DNA of 64,000 nt from Ignavibacteriota bacterium. Its GTDB lineage: Bacteria; Bacteroidota; Ignavibacteria; Palsa-1295. The DNA is taken from assembly GCA_963787835.1 (NCBI GenBank), contig CAWBEI010000003.1, forward strand, positions 224,001 through 288,000. The letters run 5' to 3'. Made by a program: the position numbers and the translations under genes. How positions within the stretch are numbered: position 1 is the first letter of the stretch; every line of letters begins with the position of its first letter. Under the pieces are notes generated by a model, which worked only from the letters and a program-made list of their open reading frames with translations, searched no databases and had not been told where the DNA came from. Positions 37,256 to 47,805 of the stretch are shown here, in pieces.

Positions 37256-38731
37256 TTATTCTTTCGTCAGCTTTAACAGGCTTGTTTTGCCATTATTTTG
37301 ATCGACAACTTGCAAGAAATAATTACCCGCCGCCACGTTCCTAAGCGGCAGATCAACATTATTAGTGCCAGCAATTACCGGTCGAGTAATTGCACTTATC
37401 GCGCTTCCTTGTTCATCGAACAAAGTGATTACTACTATGGAAGCTTCGTTATAATTCACATGGAGCGTGGCCTCATTTGCCACCGAGGGGTTCGGAAAAA
37501 TCAAGGCGTTTAATTCATTCTTCGTCGCACTCGCAACATCGGAGTTAAATGATTTGTAATAATAAAACGTGCGGCTATAATTATGAGGGATAGTATAATT
37601 GCCATAGACCGTTGAATCCAGATATTCGGTGAGGTTGTTGTCAGCATCATAGGTTTCCAAAACTTCCTCCTCCCCTGCCCAGCCGCTGCTTGTGCTATCC
37701 CCAGAATAAAGTATTTCTTTGATATTGTTCCCTCTGCTGTCGATGGAATAAATGTATTCATTTTGTGGGACACGAAGGTTTCCATTCCAGTACGAATGTT
37801 CCTCTGAAAGTAGATAACCACCGCTATCGATTATTACATCCTCCCACGATGTATCGAAGGAAACCGTTGAGGAGTTCCAGCCTTCATCAATCGTAATATA
37901 GAAAATGTTGGGAAGATACAACTCGATGTTTCTCCATTTCGTAGTCCATTCACTTGTCGTATCATCCCAGAGCGAATACGTTTCTACTTCTGTATCGGCA
38001 TTCGTGCCTTGGGTGTAGGTAAAGACATAGCGATCGTAAACCGCCCATTGACCGGTAGCCGCGATCCAGGCTTGATCGACCTCTTGGGTTTCTTGATTTG
38101 AATCGTTGTAGGTATAAATGGAATTTCCTACGTTTTCCCAGCCAGCGGAATCCCAGTACTGATAGATCACCTCGGTGTTGTTATGATTGGCATCGTAGCT
38201 ATAAATAGAGTTATATGTATCCACCCATTGGTTTGCGACCGTATCCCACGATTGATCCTGTACATCCGTTCTATCTCCGGCAGCGTCGTAGGTTTGCACC
38301 GTTTGAGTTTTGTTACGCCATGCTTCCAGGTAATTTACCCAAGACTGCTGACCGGAGATGAGTTGGTGCCCACTGGCGTCATACGTATAATAATTTAGTG
38401 TGCTGTTTGCCCATTGCTCTACTTGATCCTGGGGATCGGCAGCGGTATTGGAGTAACTGACCAATGCCGTATCATTCGCGTTTGCATCGTAGTAATAACT
38501 TTCTGAATCCTCAGGGTACCAACTGCTATCAACCTCATCGTAACCATCGGTTCGATCCGCAACTGGCCTCCATACCAGCGAAAGCGTTCCCATTCCGGGG
38601 CTATGCAGCTTGATCGGCGCGCTCTGGATATGTGCGTTAGATAGCACTGCGCCCTGAGGCGTGGTCACGGTCTGCGCATTGGCGTTCGAAAAAATGAAGA
38701 GAATCGAAAAACAGAGGAATAGTTTTTTCAT
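37256..38731 (-). CDS. Secreted repeat protein (W..Y.YD repeats) with T9SS type-A sorting domain
   Basis: Signal peptide 'MKKLFLCF...ANAQ' at 38731, ~30-aa repeats, CTD 'IFPNP...GNYFLQV'. Confidence 0.85.
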   Translation of the reverse strand: MKKLFLCFSILFIFSNANAQTVTTPQGAVLSNAHIQSAPIKLHSPGMGTLSLVWRPVADRTDGYDEVDSSWYPEDSESYYYDANANDTALVSYSNTAADPQDQVEQWANSTLNYYTYDASGHQLISGQQSWVNYLEAWRNKTQTVQTYDAAGDRTDVQDQSWDTVANQWVDTYNSIYSYDANHNNTEVIYQYWDSAGWENVGNSIYTYNDSNQETQEVDQAWIAATGQWAVYDRYVFTYTQGTNADTEVETYSLWDDTTSEWTTKWRNIELYLPNIFYITIDEGWNSSTVSFDTSWEDVIIDSGGYLLSEEHSYWNGNLRVPQNEYIYSIDSRGNNIKEILYSGDSTSSGWAGEEEVLETYDADNNLTEYLDSTVYGNYTIPHNYSRTFYYYKSFNSDVASATKNELNALIFPNPSVANEATLHVNYNEASIVVITLFDEQGSAISAITRPVIAGTNNVDLPLRNVAAGNYFLQVVDQNNGKTSLLKLTKE

Positions 38732-38769
38732 CGGGGTACGTGTTTGGGGATTAGGTAAGAATGATGAAG

Positions 38770-39477
38770 TTATAATTCCAAACTCACCAGCGCCTTCTTT
38801 ACCTGTGAGATATGCCAGGTAATATTTATTTCTTTCGGGCAGGCTTCCACGCAATTGAAGATGGTATGGCAGCGCCAGACTCCATCGGGTGAGTCTATGG
38901 CGGCCATGTGTTCTTCCGGCGCCTCGTCCCGCGTATCGAATGCAAAGCGAAATCCTTTTAATATTGCGGCAGGTCCGAGATAATTTTCGTTCGACCACAG
39001 GGATGGGCAGCTCGTCGTGCAGCATGCGCACATAATGCACTTGGTGGACTCCATCAGCAGTTCCGCATCCGCGTGAGATTGCAGGCGCTCCATTTGTGGC
39101 GGCGGCTCATTTGCTATAAGCCACGGCTTGACCATCTCGTATTTTCGGAAAAAATCTGTCTGATCGACGGCAAGATCTTTAATGATGGGCAAAAATGGCA
39201 ACGGCTCGATAACAATCGGCTTGCTCGTGTTCACATCCTTGAGCAACATAGCACACGCAAGCCCGTTGCGGCCATTGATCCGCATTCCGTCCGAACCGCA
39301 CATACCGTGGGCGCAGGATCGACGGAACGTGAGAGTACCATCGATCTCCCATTTGATTCGGTGCAGGGCATCGAGAATGCGGAATGTCGGGTCGAGATTT
39401 TCAAGTGAGTAGTCCTTGAAATAAGGCTTCTCATCTTTCTCTGGATTGTAGCGTTGAATGCGGAAAGTTGCAGTCAT
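38770..39477 (-). CDS. sdhB: Succinate dehydrogenase/fumarate reductase iron-sulfur subunit
   Basis: 'RRSCAHGMCGSD', 'CIMCACCTTSCP', 'CHTIFNCVEACP'. Confidence 0.95.
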   Translation of the reverse strand: MTATFRIQRYNPEKDEKPYFKDYSLENLDPTFRILDALHRIKWEIDGTLTFRRSCAHGMCGSDGMRINGRNGLACAMLLKDVNTSKPIVIEPLPFLPIIKDLAVDQTDFFRKYEMVKPWLIANEPPPQMERLQSHADAELLMESTKCIMCACCTTSCPSLWSNENYLGPAAILKGFRFAFDTRDEAPEEHMAAIDSPDGVWRCHTIFNCVEACPKEINITWHISQVKKALVSLEL

Positions 39478-39491
39478 TAATTTTATAAAAA

Positions 39492-40860
39492 TTATATTCT
39501 CACCACCATTGGCACATGCAGCTGCACTGGCTCTAAGCCGCCTTTGCGAAGGCCATGCACCCGGTTCGGGCTTTCGATCTTCAGTCCCGGTTTTACGCGC
39601 TTTTCAAAATCTTCACGGAAGCGTTCGATGGTGAAGTAAACAGGCCACGCGGCGGCTTCGCCTAAAGCACAGATGGTTCGGCCTTCGATATTCTTAGCCA
39701 CGTCGTAAAGCAGATCAATGTCGCCTTCCATTGCCTCTGAAGCCTCGAAGCGGCGCAAAAGTTTTAGCAACCAACCGGTTCCCTCACGGCAAGGAGTACA
39801 CTGTCCGCACGATTCGTGCCAGTAAAACTTTGCAATGCGGGTCAGCACTTTGATGATGTCAGTGTCTTCGTCCATCACCATAATTCCCGCAGTTCCGATA
39901 GCGGACCCAACTTCCTGCAAGTGGTTCGCGTCCATCAGTACGCCTTCGAGTTTATCGCCGCGCAGCGGAGGCATGGAGGAACCTCCGGGAATGACCATCT
40001 TGATCTTCTTCCCGTTCGGCACACCGTCCGCGTGGATGTTGATGATGTCGAGCAATGGTGTTCCCGTTGGGAGTTCATAAATCCCGGGGCGGTTCACATG
40101 ACCGCTTACGCCATAGAGAATCGTTCCAGGCTGCTTTGCATCGCCGATCTTGGAATACGCTTCGCTGCCCATTTTCATGATGGCCGGTACATTGGCGACG
40201 GTTTCGATATTATTGACCGTCGTTGGCATTCCCCACAAACCAAAGTTTGCAGGAAACGGCGGCTTGAACCGTGGATATCCCCGCTTTCCTTCAAGGGAAT
40301 CCAGCATCGCGGTTTCTTCGCCAACGATATATGCTCCGGCACCTTTATGCACCGTAAGCTCGGTGCAGAATTCCACGCCTTCCCCGCTCGGTTTCAAACG
40401 TCTCTTTCATGCGTGGCCCAATGAACCCCTTTGCGTAAGCATCTGCAACCGCACGCTCGACCATCCTGAACCAATGCGCATATTCACCACGAATATAGAT
40501 ATAGGCATGATCGATCTGCATGGCATAGCATCCGATAAGAATGCCCTCGATCATCTGGTGAGGATTAAACTCGAAGATCTGCCGATCCTTGAAAGAGCCG
40601 GGTTCGGATTCATCGCCATTGATGAGAAAATATTTTTTCTTTTCCTTCCCTTTCGGCATGAAGCTCCATTTGAGTCCCGTCGGAAATGCTGCGCCGCCAC
40701 GTCCGCGAAGACCTGATTTTTTTACTTCATCGGTAACCGCCGAAGGCGCCATCGAATACGCTTTTTGCATTGCGTCACGATAACCACCGTTGGCAATGTA
40801 GGTATCAATGTTCCGAAGATTAGGAATATCGGGTAAAACTAATTTTGGAGTCTCAGCCAT
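39492..40860 (-). CDS. nuoF: NADH:quinone oxidoreductase subunit F, interrupted by a single-base frameshift near 40397
   Basis: N-part '[17 protein letters not shown]...NGDESEPG' (40345-40860); C-part '[12 protein letters not shown]...[12 protein letters not shown]...TICALG' (39492-40397). Confidence 0.92.
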
Positions 40861-40894
40861 CAGATTATTTATCGAAAACTTTTAATTGGTATGC

Positions 40895-41434
40895 TTATCG
40901 GTTTGCCGCTTCCGAAAGCTCCGGCATTTGAGCTACGAATTTCGGCTTGGGAATCTCACCGGTTGCTTTGATGTGGTCAATCACATCTACAGCTTCGTTA
41001 TTCCCGACCTTTTCGAAAAATGTTTCGTTCACTGCCATCATCGGGGCACCGCCGCAGGCACCCATGCACTCGGTTTCTTCGATCGAGAACATGCCATCTG
41101 CGGTGTGTTCCAAATTTTGAATGCCAAGCTTCGCCTTCATTTCATCGAGCAATTTTTCGCCACCTCGAAGCATACAACTTACGTTCGTACAAACCTGCAC
41201 ATGGTACTTCCCCATCGGCTTATCGAAAAACATGGTGTAAAAGCTGACAACACCCTGAACATGGCTTTTGGGCACCTCACACACTGCAGCGGCCTCTTCC
41301 ATTGCCTCGTCATCGAGCCAGCCGCGCTTTTCCTGTAAGCGCCAAAGGACGGGCAACAGCGTTGCCATGGGCTTAGGGTACCGCTTTTGAAGTTCTGCTA
41401 TTTCCTGAAGTTCTGTGTTCGAAAAAATGGACAT
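40895..41434 (-). CDS. nuoE: NADH:quinone oxidoreductase subunit E
   Basis: 'VSFYTMF', 'VCTNVSC', 'ECMGACGGAP'. Confidence 0.95.
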   Translation of the reverse strand: MSIFSNTELQEIAELQKRYPKPMATLLPVLWRLQEKRGWLDDEAMEEAAAVCEVPKSHVQGVVSFYTMFFDKPMGKYHVQVCTNVSCMLRGGEKLLDEMKAKLGIQNLEHTADGMFSIEETECMGACGGAPMMAVNETFFEKVGNNEAVDVIDHIKATGEIPKPKFVAQMPELSEAANR

Positions 41435-41498
41435 AATGGGGTCAAGAATAAGTCTTCAGAAATCAAACAGCAAATAAGGACTTCTGGCTCCGCTCTCT

Positions 41499-43238
41499 TT
41501 AGCGAATTACTACCACCTTTTGAACCGATTCATTGCCGTTCTCGTCCCGTAACACGATCCAGTAATTTCCGGATAACAACCCATCCGTTGAAACCGTCAC
41601 GATCTGCTCACCCTGCTCAATAACTTCGGTTTGTTGCCGAAGTGTTTCGCCGATATCATTCACGACACCAATCGTCATCATCTGGTGCCTGAATGAAAGA
41701 ATATAACATTGAATCGCATCGGCCGTTGGATTCGGATTGACCGATTGCACATTAAATTGGGCTACGCTGGCTGGTGGGCTGGCAGTAAGCTGTACCGGCA
41801 ACTGATAGAACGTGGTCGCAAAAATGGTATCACCGGAGGTAGGATCGATCATGGCAAGCGGCGCGAACTCTCCGTTGGCAATGTCATCGTAAGTGATAGA
41901 CCAATAATTGCTCATCGGCGTGATCGAATCGTTCCGAAGTCCGATCTGCACCCGACTCGAATCGGTTGGTGAGATGCGATACCAGACGGATCCCGTATCG
42001 TACAAAGGAAAGCCATCTGCATCGATGCCAAAATATTGAGAGGGGTACATGCTCGTAAGCTTAACCGGCTTTCCAGCACGGGTCCAGCCAATAGAAAAGC
42101 AATACTTGCCTTTGATGCTGCCATCCGTAATGGAATCGAGTGTGGCAACAGTATCGGGCATGAGCGGCGGGTACATCGGATAGCTAATGCCGTACATGTT
42201 TTTCAGGACCGCACCAGCAAACATTTGGCCGACAGACCGGTAGGTAGTAACGGAATAATGGAATGCGCTATCCCATAGCGAACGGCCAACTGCAGTTCCC
42301 ACAAGCGTAGAAGGAGGCAGTACGCGCAGCGCTTCTCGTGCTTCGGGATAGGTTCCGGGACCAACGATCGATCCTGAATACCCCGAAATCTGTAGATGGA
42401 AAACAGGAAATGTATCCTGAAGATCGCTCCAAAAGTCGTGAATAAGGGTGTCAAACTGAGTGCGATACACATCGGGGTAATAAAGCGCTTCGCCTTCTCC
42501 ATCAGCTTCTCCTTGTATCCAGGTGAAACATTCGAGTTCCGAGCCTGCGTGAAGAAACCGATCGATCGCATCTGGATACATGGAATCTTCAGGATTAGGT
42601 GAATCTTTTAACCATCGCCCCATGGTGCCAATGGAAACCGTTAAACCAGTCCCGCCCACAGCTGTATTCACAATGCCTATTGGTAGAGCATCTCCGATTT
42701 GAGCATACAACAAATTGGCCATTTCGATCCATGGGCCCTGACCTGCGCCGGCCGTTGGCTCTGCTGCAGGCTGCCATGCGGTGTCGCTCGTTAACATTCT
42801 AATATCACCTTGCGCAACTGCGACAAAGATAGGGGATGGCGGATAAACCCAACCGACCGCGTTCGATTGTCCTGCGATGCCGACAATATGTCCGGGCGTG
42901 AGGTTAGCAATTTCTCCTCCAGTATCGGTAGCTGAAAGCCCGGTTCGCCAATACAGCCCATAGTTCAGAAGTGACTTTGGAACCAGCAGCAGAGTATCAA
43001 CAATGCCATTCTTAACACTGATGGAAACCCAGCCTTCCGTGATATTCGATGTGTCGATGCTGGAACTTAACTTGTAACTGAAATTTGAGTAACCATTCAA
43101 AGTAACATGCAGTCTTAGATCGGCATGGTCGCCGTGAACTTGCAAAATGCCATCCGGCAAAGGAGAGATAAAGACAACTTGGGAACGCACAAGGGTTGGC
43201 ACCAGTACGAGAAGAAGTATGAACAAGCGCGGTATCAT
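41499..43238 (-). CDS. SGNH/sialate O-acetylesterase-like (SASA/DUF303) carbohydrate esterase with T9SS sorting domain
   Basis: 'AGQSNA', 'WIQGEAD', 'DSAFH' catalytic motifs; CTD 'NPNP...SGNYW'. Confidence 0.8.
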   Translation of the reverse strand: MIPRLFILLLVLVPTLVRSQVVFISPLPDGILQVHGDHADLRLHVTLNGYSNFSYKLSSSIDTSNITEGWVSISVKNGIVDTLLLVPKSLLNYGLYWRTGLSATDTGGEIANLTPGHIVGIAGQSNAVGWVYPPSPIFVAVAQGDIRMLTSDTAWQPAAEPTAGAGQGPWIEMANLLYAQIGDALPIGIVNTAVGGTGLTVSIGTMGRWLKDSPNPEDSMYPDAIDRFLHAGSELECFTWIQGEADGEGEALYYPDVYRTQFDTLIHDFWSDLQDTFPVFHLQISGYSGSIVGPGTYPEAREALRVLPPSTLVGTAVGRSLWDSAFHYSVTTYRSVGQMFAGAVLKNMYGISYPMYPPLMPDTVATLDSITDGSIKGKYCFSIGWTRAGKPVKLTSMYPSQYFGIDADGFPLYDTGSVWYRISPTDSSRVQIGLRNDSITPMSNYWSITYDDIANGEFAPLAMIDPTSGDTIFATTFYQLPVQLTASPPASVAQFNVQSVNPNPTADAIQCYILSFRHQMMTIGVVNDIGETLRQQTEVIEQGEQIVTVSTDGLLSGNYWIVLRDENGNESVQKVVVIR

Positions 43239-43239
43239 G

Positions 43240-46068
43240 TTAAGCCAATTCGTCTATACTTGCTTTCAGTTTCTCGATCTGTGAAGTATAGCTTGCATGC
43301 TTTTCGCGCTCTTTTTCGATAACCTCAGCCGGTGCGCGTTCCACAAAGCTGGTGTTCGCAAGTTTTGCGCGTATCTGCTGCTCCTGAGTTTCAACGCGCT
43401 CTAATTCCTTAGATAGCCGTTGTTGTTCAACTTTTCGCTCCTCTTCAGATCGCTGTTCAAGCTTGAGAAATGTTCTTGCCCGTCCGCCGATCATCTCGCT
43501 TGCATATTCCCGCGAGGACAATTCGCCAGCACTCTGCTGAATAACTAAGGTAGAGGCGCGGCTCATGCGTTCGAGAATTTGCCGGGTTGATTCGAACAGT
43601 TCACGATCCTGCTTTGATTCGGCTTGAACAATAATTTCCGCTGATTTCGATGGTGAAAGTCCAACGGTGGAGCGCATGAGCCGAATCGCTTCCACAGTTC
43701 GCTGAACAAAGTAAAATTCCTCTTCAGCTTTATCATCGATCTTCCCTTGATCCGCAGTAATATAATCATCGCGCCCGATGAGCACGCTCTCCGGTTCCCC
43801 GGTAAGCGCGTGCCAGAGTTCTTCCGTGATGAATGGCATGATGGGATGCAACATTCGAAGAACGCCTTCGAGAATTTCAACCGCAAGCGGGATCGAATCC
43901 GGCTGGATCTTTACGATTTCCAGATACCAATCGCAGTAATCGCGCCAGATAAAATCGTAGAGTAGTTTCGTTACTTCGTTGATCTCGTAATTATCGAATG
44001 CCTTGCGAATATCGCGCGCAGTGCGGTTGGCACGAGAGAGAATCCACTTGTCGCTCAAAGTGGATAGTGGATAGTGAGTCGTGGATAGTGAGGAATTCCT
44101 CTTCGTCCGTATTCCACTATCCACTTTCAAACTATCCACTATTTCAGCGTCTTCCGATTCAAATTCGGTTTTCGGATGCGTGGATTTGTATTCCTCCCGT
44201 TTCATCAGCACAAACCGCGTGGCATTCCACAGCTTATTCGCAAAGTTCCTGCCGAACTCGCAGGATTGTTCGCCGAAACGAATGTCCTGTCCAAGTGGCG
44301 CGAGATAAAGCAGCGTAAACCGCAGTGCGTCTGTACCATACTGTGCCATCAGATCGAGCGGATCGGGAGAATTACCGAGGGATTTCGACATTTTTCTTCC
44401 CTCAAGATCGCGGATGATATTATGGAAATAAACTTCCCTAAACGGAATGCGGTCTTTAAGCTCGGTGCGTGGCGAGCCGTCCTTTAGGGGAATAGACGGC
44501 ATGAATTCAATTCCTGCCATAATCATGCGTGCGACCCAGAAGAAAATGATCTCGAAACCGGTAACCAGCAGCGAGGTCGGATAAAATTCCACGAGATCGG
44601 GATTCGCTTCAGGCCACCCGAACGTGGCAAAAGGCCAGAGCCAGGATGAAAACCATGTATCGAGCACATCGGGATCTTGCTGAAGCGGACCATCGTATCC
44701 GGCGGCTTTTGCTTTGGCGCGTGCTTCCTCTTCGTTCCGTCCAACGAAGATCTCGCCCGTCTCCGTATACCATGCGGGAATACGATGTCCCCACCAAAGC
44801 TGGCGCGAGATACACCAATCACGGATGTTCGTCATCCAATGGCGATAGGTATTCGTCCATCGCTCCGGATAGAACTTTATCGTTCCATCTTCGACCACCT
44901 GAAGCGCAGGTTCCGCAAGCTGCTTCATCGAAACAAACCACTGATCGGAAAGATATGGCTCGACCATCTCACCACCGCGCTCGGAATAACCTACGGAATG
45001 CGTATAGTTTTCGATCTTCTCGACAAGACCGAGCAATTGCATTTCTTCAACCACTCGCTTTCGCGCATCGAATCGTTCCAGACCGGCGAAACGTCCGCCG
45101 TTCTCGTTGATGATGCCGCGCGTATCCATCACAAGAATCTGCGGAAGATTATGGCGAATACCAATTTCGAAATCGTTCGGATCGTGCGCGGGAGTGATCT
45201 TCACGCAGCCGGTTCCAAATTCCTTATCGACATAGCCATCCATGATGATGGGAATTTCCCGGTTCATCAGTGGCAGCATCAGCGTTCGTCCCACCAATCG
45301 CTTGTAGCGATCGTCATCGGGATTTACAGCTACCGCAACGTCGCCGAGCATGGTTTCTGGGCGCGTGGTTGCGATTGTTAGATATTCGGGTTGATCGCCA
45401 TGCGAGCCAACAATAGGATATTTGAAATAATAAAGCTTCCCTTGAGTCTCCTTGTGAATAACCTCTTCATCCGAAAGCGCTGACTGCGCGAGCGGCGACC
45501 AATTGATGATGCGCTTGCCGCGATAAATAAGTCCCTTCTCATGCAAACGCACGAAGCATTCGATGACGGCCTCGTAATACTTCGGGTCCATCGTGAAGCG
45601 GGTGCGGCGCCAATCGCAGGAGCAGCCGAGCGCGCGAAGCTGACTGATAATAATATCGCCGTATTTTTCCTTCCACTCCCACACGCGCTCCAAGAACTTT
45701 TCGCGTCCGAGATCATGCCGCGTGAGACCTTCGGCGCGCATTTCGCGCTCGATCTTCGTTTGCGTGGCAATGCCGGCATGATCGGTTCCCGGCAGCCACA
45801 ATGCCTCGTGACCGAGCATCCGGTGGTAACGTGTATAAACGTCCTGAATCGTGAACGTAAAGGCATGGCCGACATGCAAAATACCCGTCACGTTGGGCGG
45901 AGGAATGGCAATAACGAATGGCGGCTTATCGATGGCGCGGCGTCCGGTGGGGTCCTGCGGGTTCAGTTCGGCGCGATTGGCGTCGAAGAGATGGTATTGT
46001 TCCCAACGGTCGTACCACGCCGATTCAACGGCGCTCGGGGTGTAGGCTTTTGCTAATGGTTCTGGCAT
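43240..46068 (-). CDS. valS: Valine--tRNA ligase
   Basis: 'PPPNVTG.LHVGHA', 'DWCISRQLWWGHRIP', 'KMSKS', C-terminal coiled coil. Confidence 0.98.
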   Translation of the reverse strand: MPEPLAKAYTPSAVESAWYDRWEQYHLFDANRAELNPQDPTGRRAIDKPPFVIAIPPPNVTGILHVGHAFTFTIQDVYTRYHRMLGHEALWLPGTDHAGIATQTKIEREMRAEGLTRHDLGREKFLERVWEWKEKYGDIIISQLRALGCSCDWRRTRFTMDPKYYEAVIECFVRLHEKGLIYRGKRIINWSPLAQSALSDEEVIHKETQGKLYYFKYPIVGSHGDQPEYLTIATTRPETMLGDVAVAVNPDDDRYKRLVGRTLMLPLMNREIPIIMDGYVDKEFGTGCVKITPAHDPNDFEIGIRHNLPQILVMDTRGIINENGGRFAGLERFDARKRVVEEMQLLGLVEKIENYTHSVGYSERGGEMVEPYLSDQWFVSMKQLAEPALQVVEDGTIKFYPERWTNTYRHWMTNIRDWCISRQLWWGHRIPAWYTETGEIFVGRNEEEARAKAKAAGYDGPLQQDPDVLDTWFSSWLWPFATFGWPEANPDLVEFYPTSLLVTGFEIIFFWVARMIMAGIEFMPSIPLKDGSPRTELKDRIPFREVYFHNIIRDLEGRKMSKSLGNSPDPLDLMAQYGTDALRFTLLYLAPLGQDIRFGEQSCEFGRNFANKLWNATRFVLMKREEYKSTHPKTEFESEDAEIVDSLKVDSGIRTKRNSSLSTTHYPLSTLSDKWILSRANRTARDIRKAFDNYEINEVTKLLYDFIWRDYCDWYLEIVKIQPDSIPLAVEILEGVLRMLHPIMPFITEELWHALTGEPESVLIGRDDYITADQGKIDDKAEEEFYFVQRTVEAIRLMRSTVGLSPSKSAEIIVQAESKQDRELFESTRQILERMSRASTLVIQQSAGELSSREYASEMIGGRARTFLKLEQRSEEERKVEQQRLSKELERVETQEQQIRAKLANTSFVERAPAEVIEKEREKHASYTSQIEKLKASIDELA
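44057..44142. repeat. Heptamer (GTGGATA) inverted-repeat element inserted in frame in valS
   Basis: AAAGTGGATAGTGG (44057-44070) is the perfect reverse complement of CCACTATCCACTTT (44114-44127); further GTGGATAGT/ACTATCCAC copies. Confidence 0.8.
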
Positions 46069-46184
46069 AGAATTTGGTAGAACGCCGCGAATGTGCTAGC
46101 AGTGCCAAAGTCCCTTGATTTTTTGAGAACGAAACATCTCTCCATTGTGTAACCAATAGCATAAATAGGATAAAAGACACGCTT

Positions 46185-47021
46185 ATGAAGCTCAGATTTT
46201 TATCACTCGCTTTAATCTCCGCTTTAGCTGGATGCACAACAAACGTTGAAGATCCAAGTTACTATCTTGATGCGGTTCAACGAGTTGTCGAACCTGGAAG
46301 TTATCCTGCCTACCCGTTCGGAGATATGTGGAACGGTAGAACCTTCCTGATGAGCAGCACCGAAATATCGAGCGAACTCGTCGGCCCGACGATCATCACT
46401 CTTGAAAATGGTCAACATTTTGATGCTGCCGTTGGACTTTTTCGAGGGCAGACCATAAGCGGACTTTCTGACCCAACCAATCTACCGATCGGTCGAATGG
46501 CTTTTGAGTTAAACAACACACCCTCTCAAGTAGGAGGCGCAGCCATTAACAATGAAACTCTTGCGTGGCTTCCATCGGGTTCAGGAATCGGATCAGATTG
46601 GTCCTATGGGAAGGCCGACCCTAATTTATATGATTCGCTGGGTAGCATGGCGTTTTCGTATATGGATTTCAACGGTGAAACCTATAACGATACCGTGAGC
46701 GTTGCGCCAGCATTTGGAACAATAACGTTCCCAGACTCCATATCCATTTCGCATGGATGCGTCATCTCCTATCAGCATTCTGTCCCGAACGATAGCATCG
46801 GAATTTATGTCGATATGTTCGACACTAGTTTTTTTGTAACAAGGCCCGACAATGGCTCCATCGTTTTAGCGCCTAACCAATTTCCACACTCGAATTACAC
46901 CGAGTTAGCCATTTACTTCTATCGATGGAATTGGTCAACTCAAACAACTCCGAGCGGTAAAAGAATTGGCGTCTATTCTGCCATGGAAACGAACGGACAA
47001 TATATTCCCACTGCGCCCTAG
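46185..47021 (+). CDS. Hypothetical lipoprotein
   Basis: Lipobox 'LAGC'. Confidence 0.75.
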   Translation: MKLRFLSLALISALAGCTTNVEDPSYYLDAVQRVVEPGSYPAYPFGDMWNGRTFLMSSTEISSELVGPTIITLENGQHFDAAVGLFRGQTISGLSDPTNLPIGRMAFELNNTPSQVGGAAINNETLAWLPSGSGIGSDWSYGKADPNLYDSLGSMAFSYMDFNGETYNDTVSVAPAFGTITFPDSISISHGCVISYQHSVPNDSIGIYVDMFDTSFFVTRPDNGSIVLAPNQFPHSNYTELAIYFYRWNWSTQTTPSGKRIGVYSAMETNGQYIPTAP

Positions 47022-47086
47022 TCCTGTCGTATAATTTATTTTGCGAGTAAGCAGGTTCATTCAGATTGTGAGGTCAAAACTCTTCG

Positions 47087-47094
47087 TAATTTTG
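47087..47094 (+). promoter_or_regulatory. TAnnTTTG -7 box 5 nt before ATG 47100 (probable leaderless mRNA)
   Basis: CG-TAATTTTG-cacta-ATG. Confidence 0.45.
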
Positions 47095-47099
47095 CACTA

Positions 47100-47657
47100 A
47101 TGCCAACCCCCGCTCCCCGACAGATCGCTGAAATCCATGCTGCCCGCAAGCTTATGCTTGCCGGGCGGCCACGCGATGCGCTACGCAAGATCGCGAGCAT
47201 ACAGATCCCGTTCGCTACGCTGCACATCGTGCGCGGCGAGTGCTGTTACGTGCTCGGCCAGTGGGCCGATGCTGTTCGGGAGCTCGATGATGCCTTAAAG
47301 CTTTCACCGAACTCCCCTCGCGCAGAAATTCTGCTGATGCTTGCTTCGGAAATGCAGGAACTGTCACGAACTATGCGTCCGACAACGAACATCGCTCAAT
47401 CCATAGCAAGCGCCGAGCCAGAGACCGTTGCGCCAACAATGCCGCGTCCGGTCATTGATAGAAGCAAGCTTTCCAAAGAAGAGCCGAGCGAAACGGTGGA
47501 GGAGATCGGATTGGTCAGCGAAACGCTTGCGGAATTGATGATCGCTCAGGGTAAATTCGATGAGGCACGGAAGGTGTATATTCAGCTTTCGCAACTCAAT
47601 CCTGACCGGTATGAATATTTCCGAGAGCGCATTCAAAAATTAGAAAATCAAGAATAA
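47100..47657 (+). CDS. TPR-containing protein
   Basis: TPR motif; C-terminal 'VSETLAEL...QG....A..VY..L...NP....YF'. Confidence 0.75.
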   Translation: MPTPAPRQIAEIHAARKLMLAGRPRDALRKIASIQIPFATLHIVRGECCYVLGQWADAVRELDDALKLSPNSPRAEILLMLASEMQELSRTMRPTTNIAQSIASAEPETVAPTMPRPVIDRSKLSKEEPSETVEEIGLVSETLAELMIAQGKFDEARKVYIQLSQLNPDRYEYFRERIQKLENQE

Positions 47658-47665
47658 TATAATAT

Positions 47666-47785
47666 CGTCATTGCGAGGAGTCCCGAAGGGACGACGAAGC
47701 AATCCATTGAGATTGCGTTTGCTCTCAACGGATTGCTTCGTCGCGTTCGGCTCCCTACGGTCGCCGAACGCTCCTAGCAATGACG
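47666..47785. repeat. Structured palindromic element GTCATTGCGAG...GCAATGAC (family A, copy 1)
   Basis: Nested inverted repeats; second copy at 60359-60484. Confidence 0.9.
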
Positions 47786-47805
47786 TGCTTTAAAAAAGAT
47801 TTATT

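Noticed and set aside
38732-39040. N-terminal extension of the 594-aa ORF overlapping sdhB
   Set aside because: It is an alternate frame of sdhB; the signal peptide begins at ATG 38731
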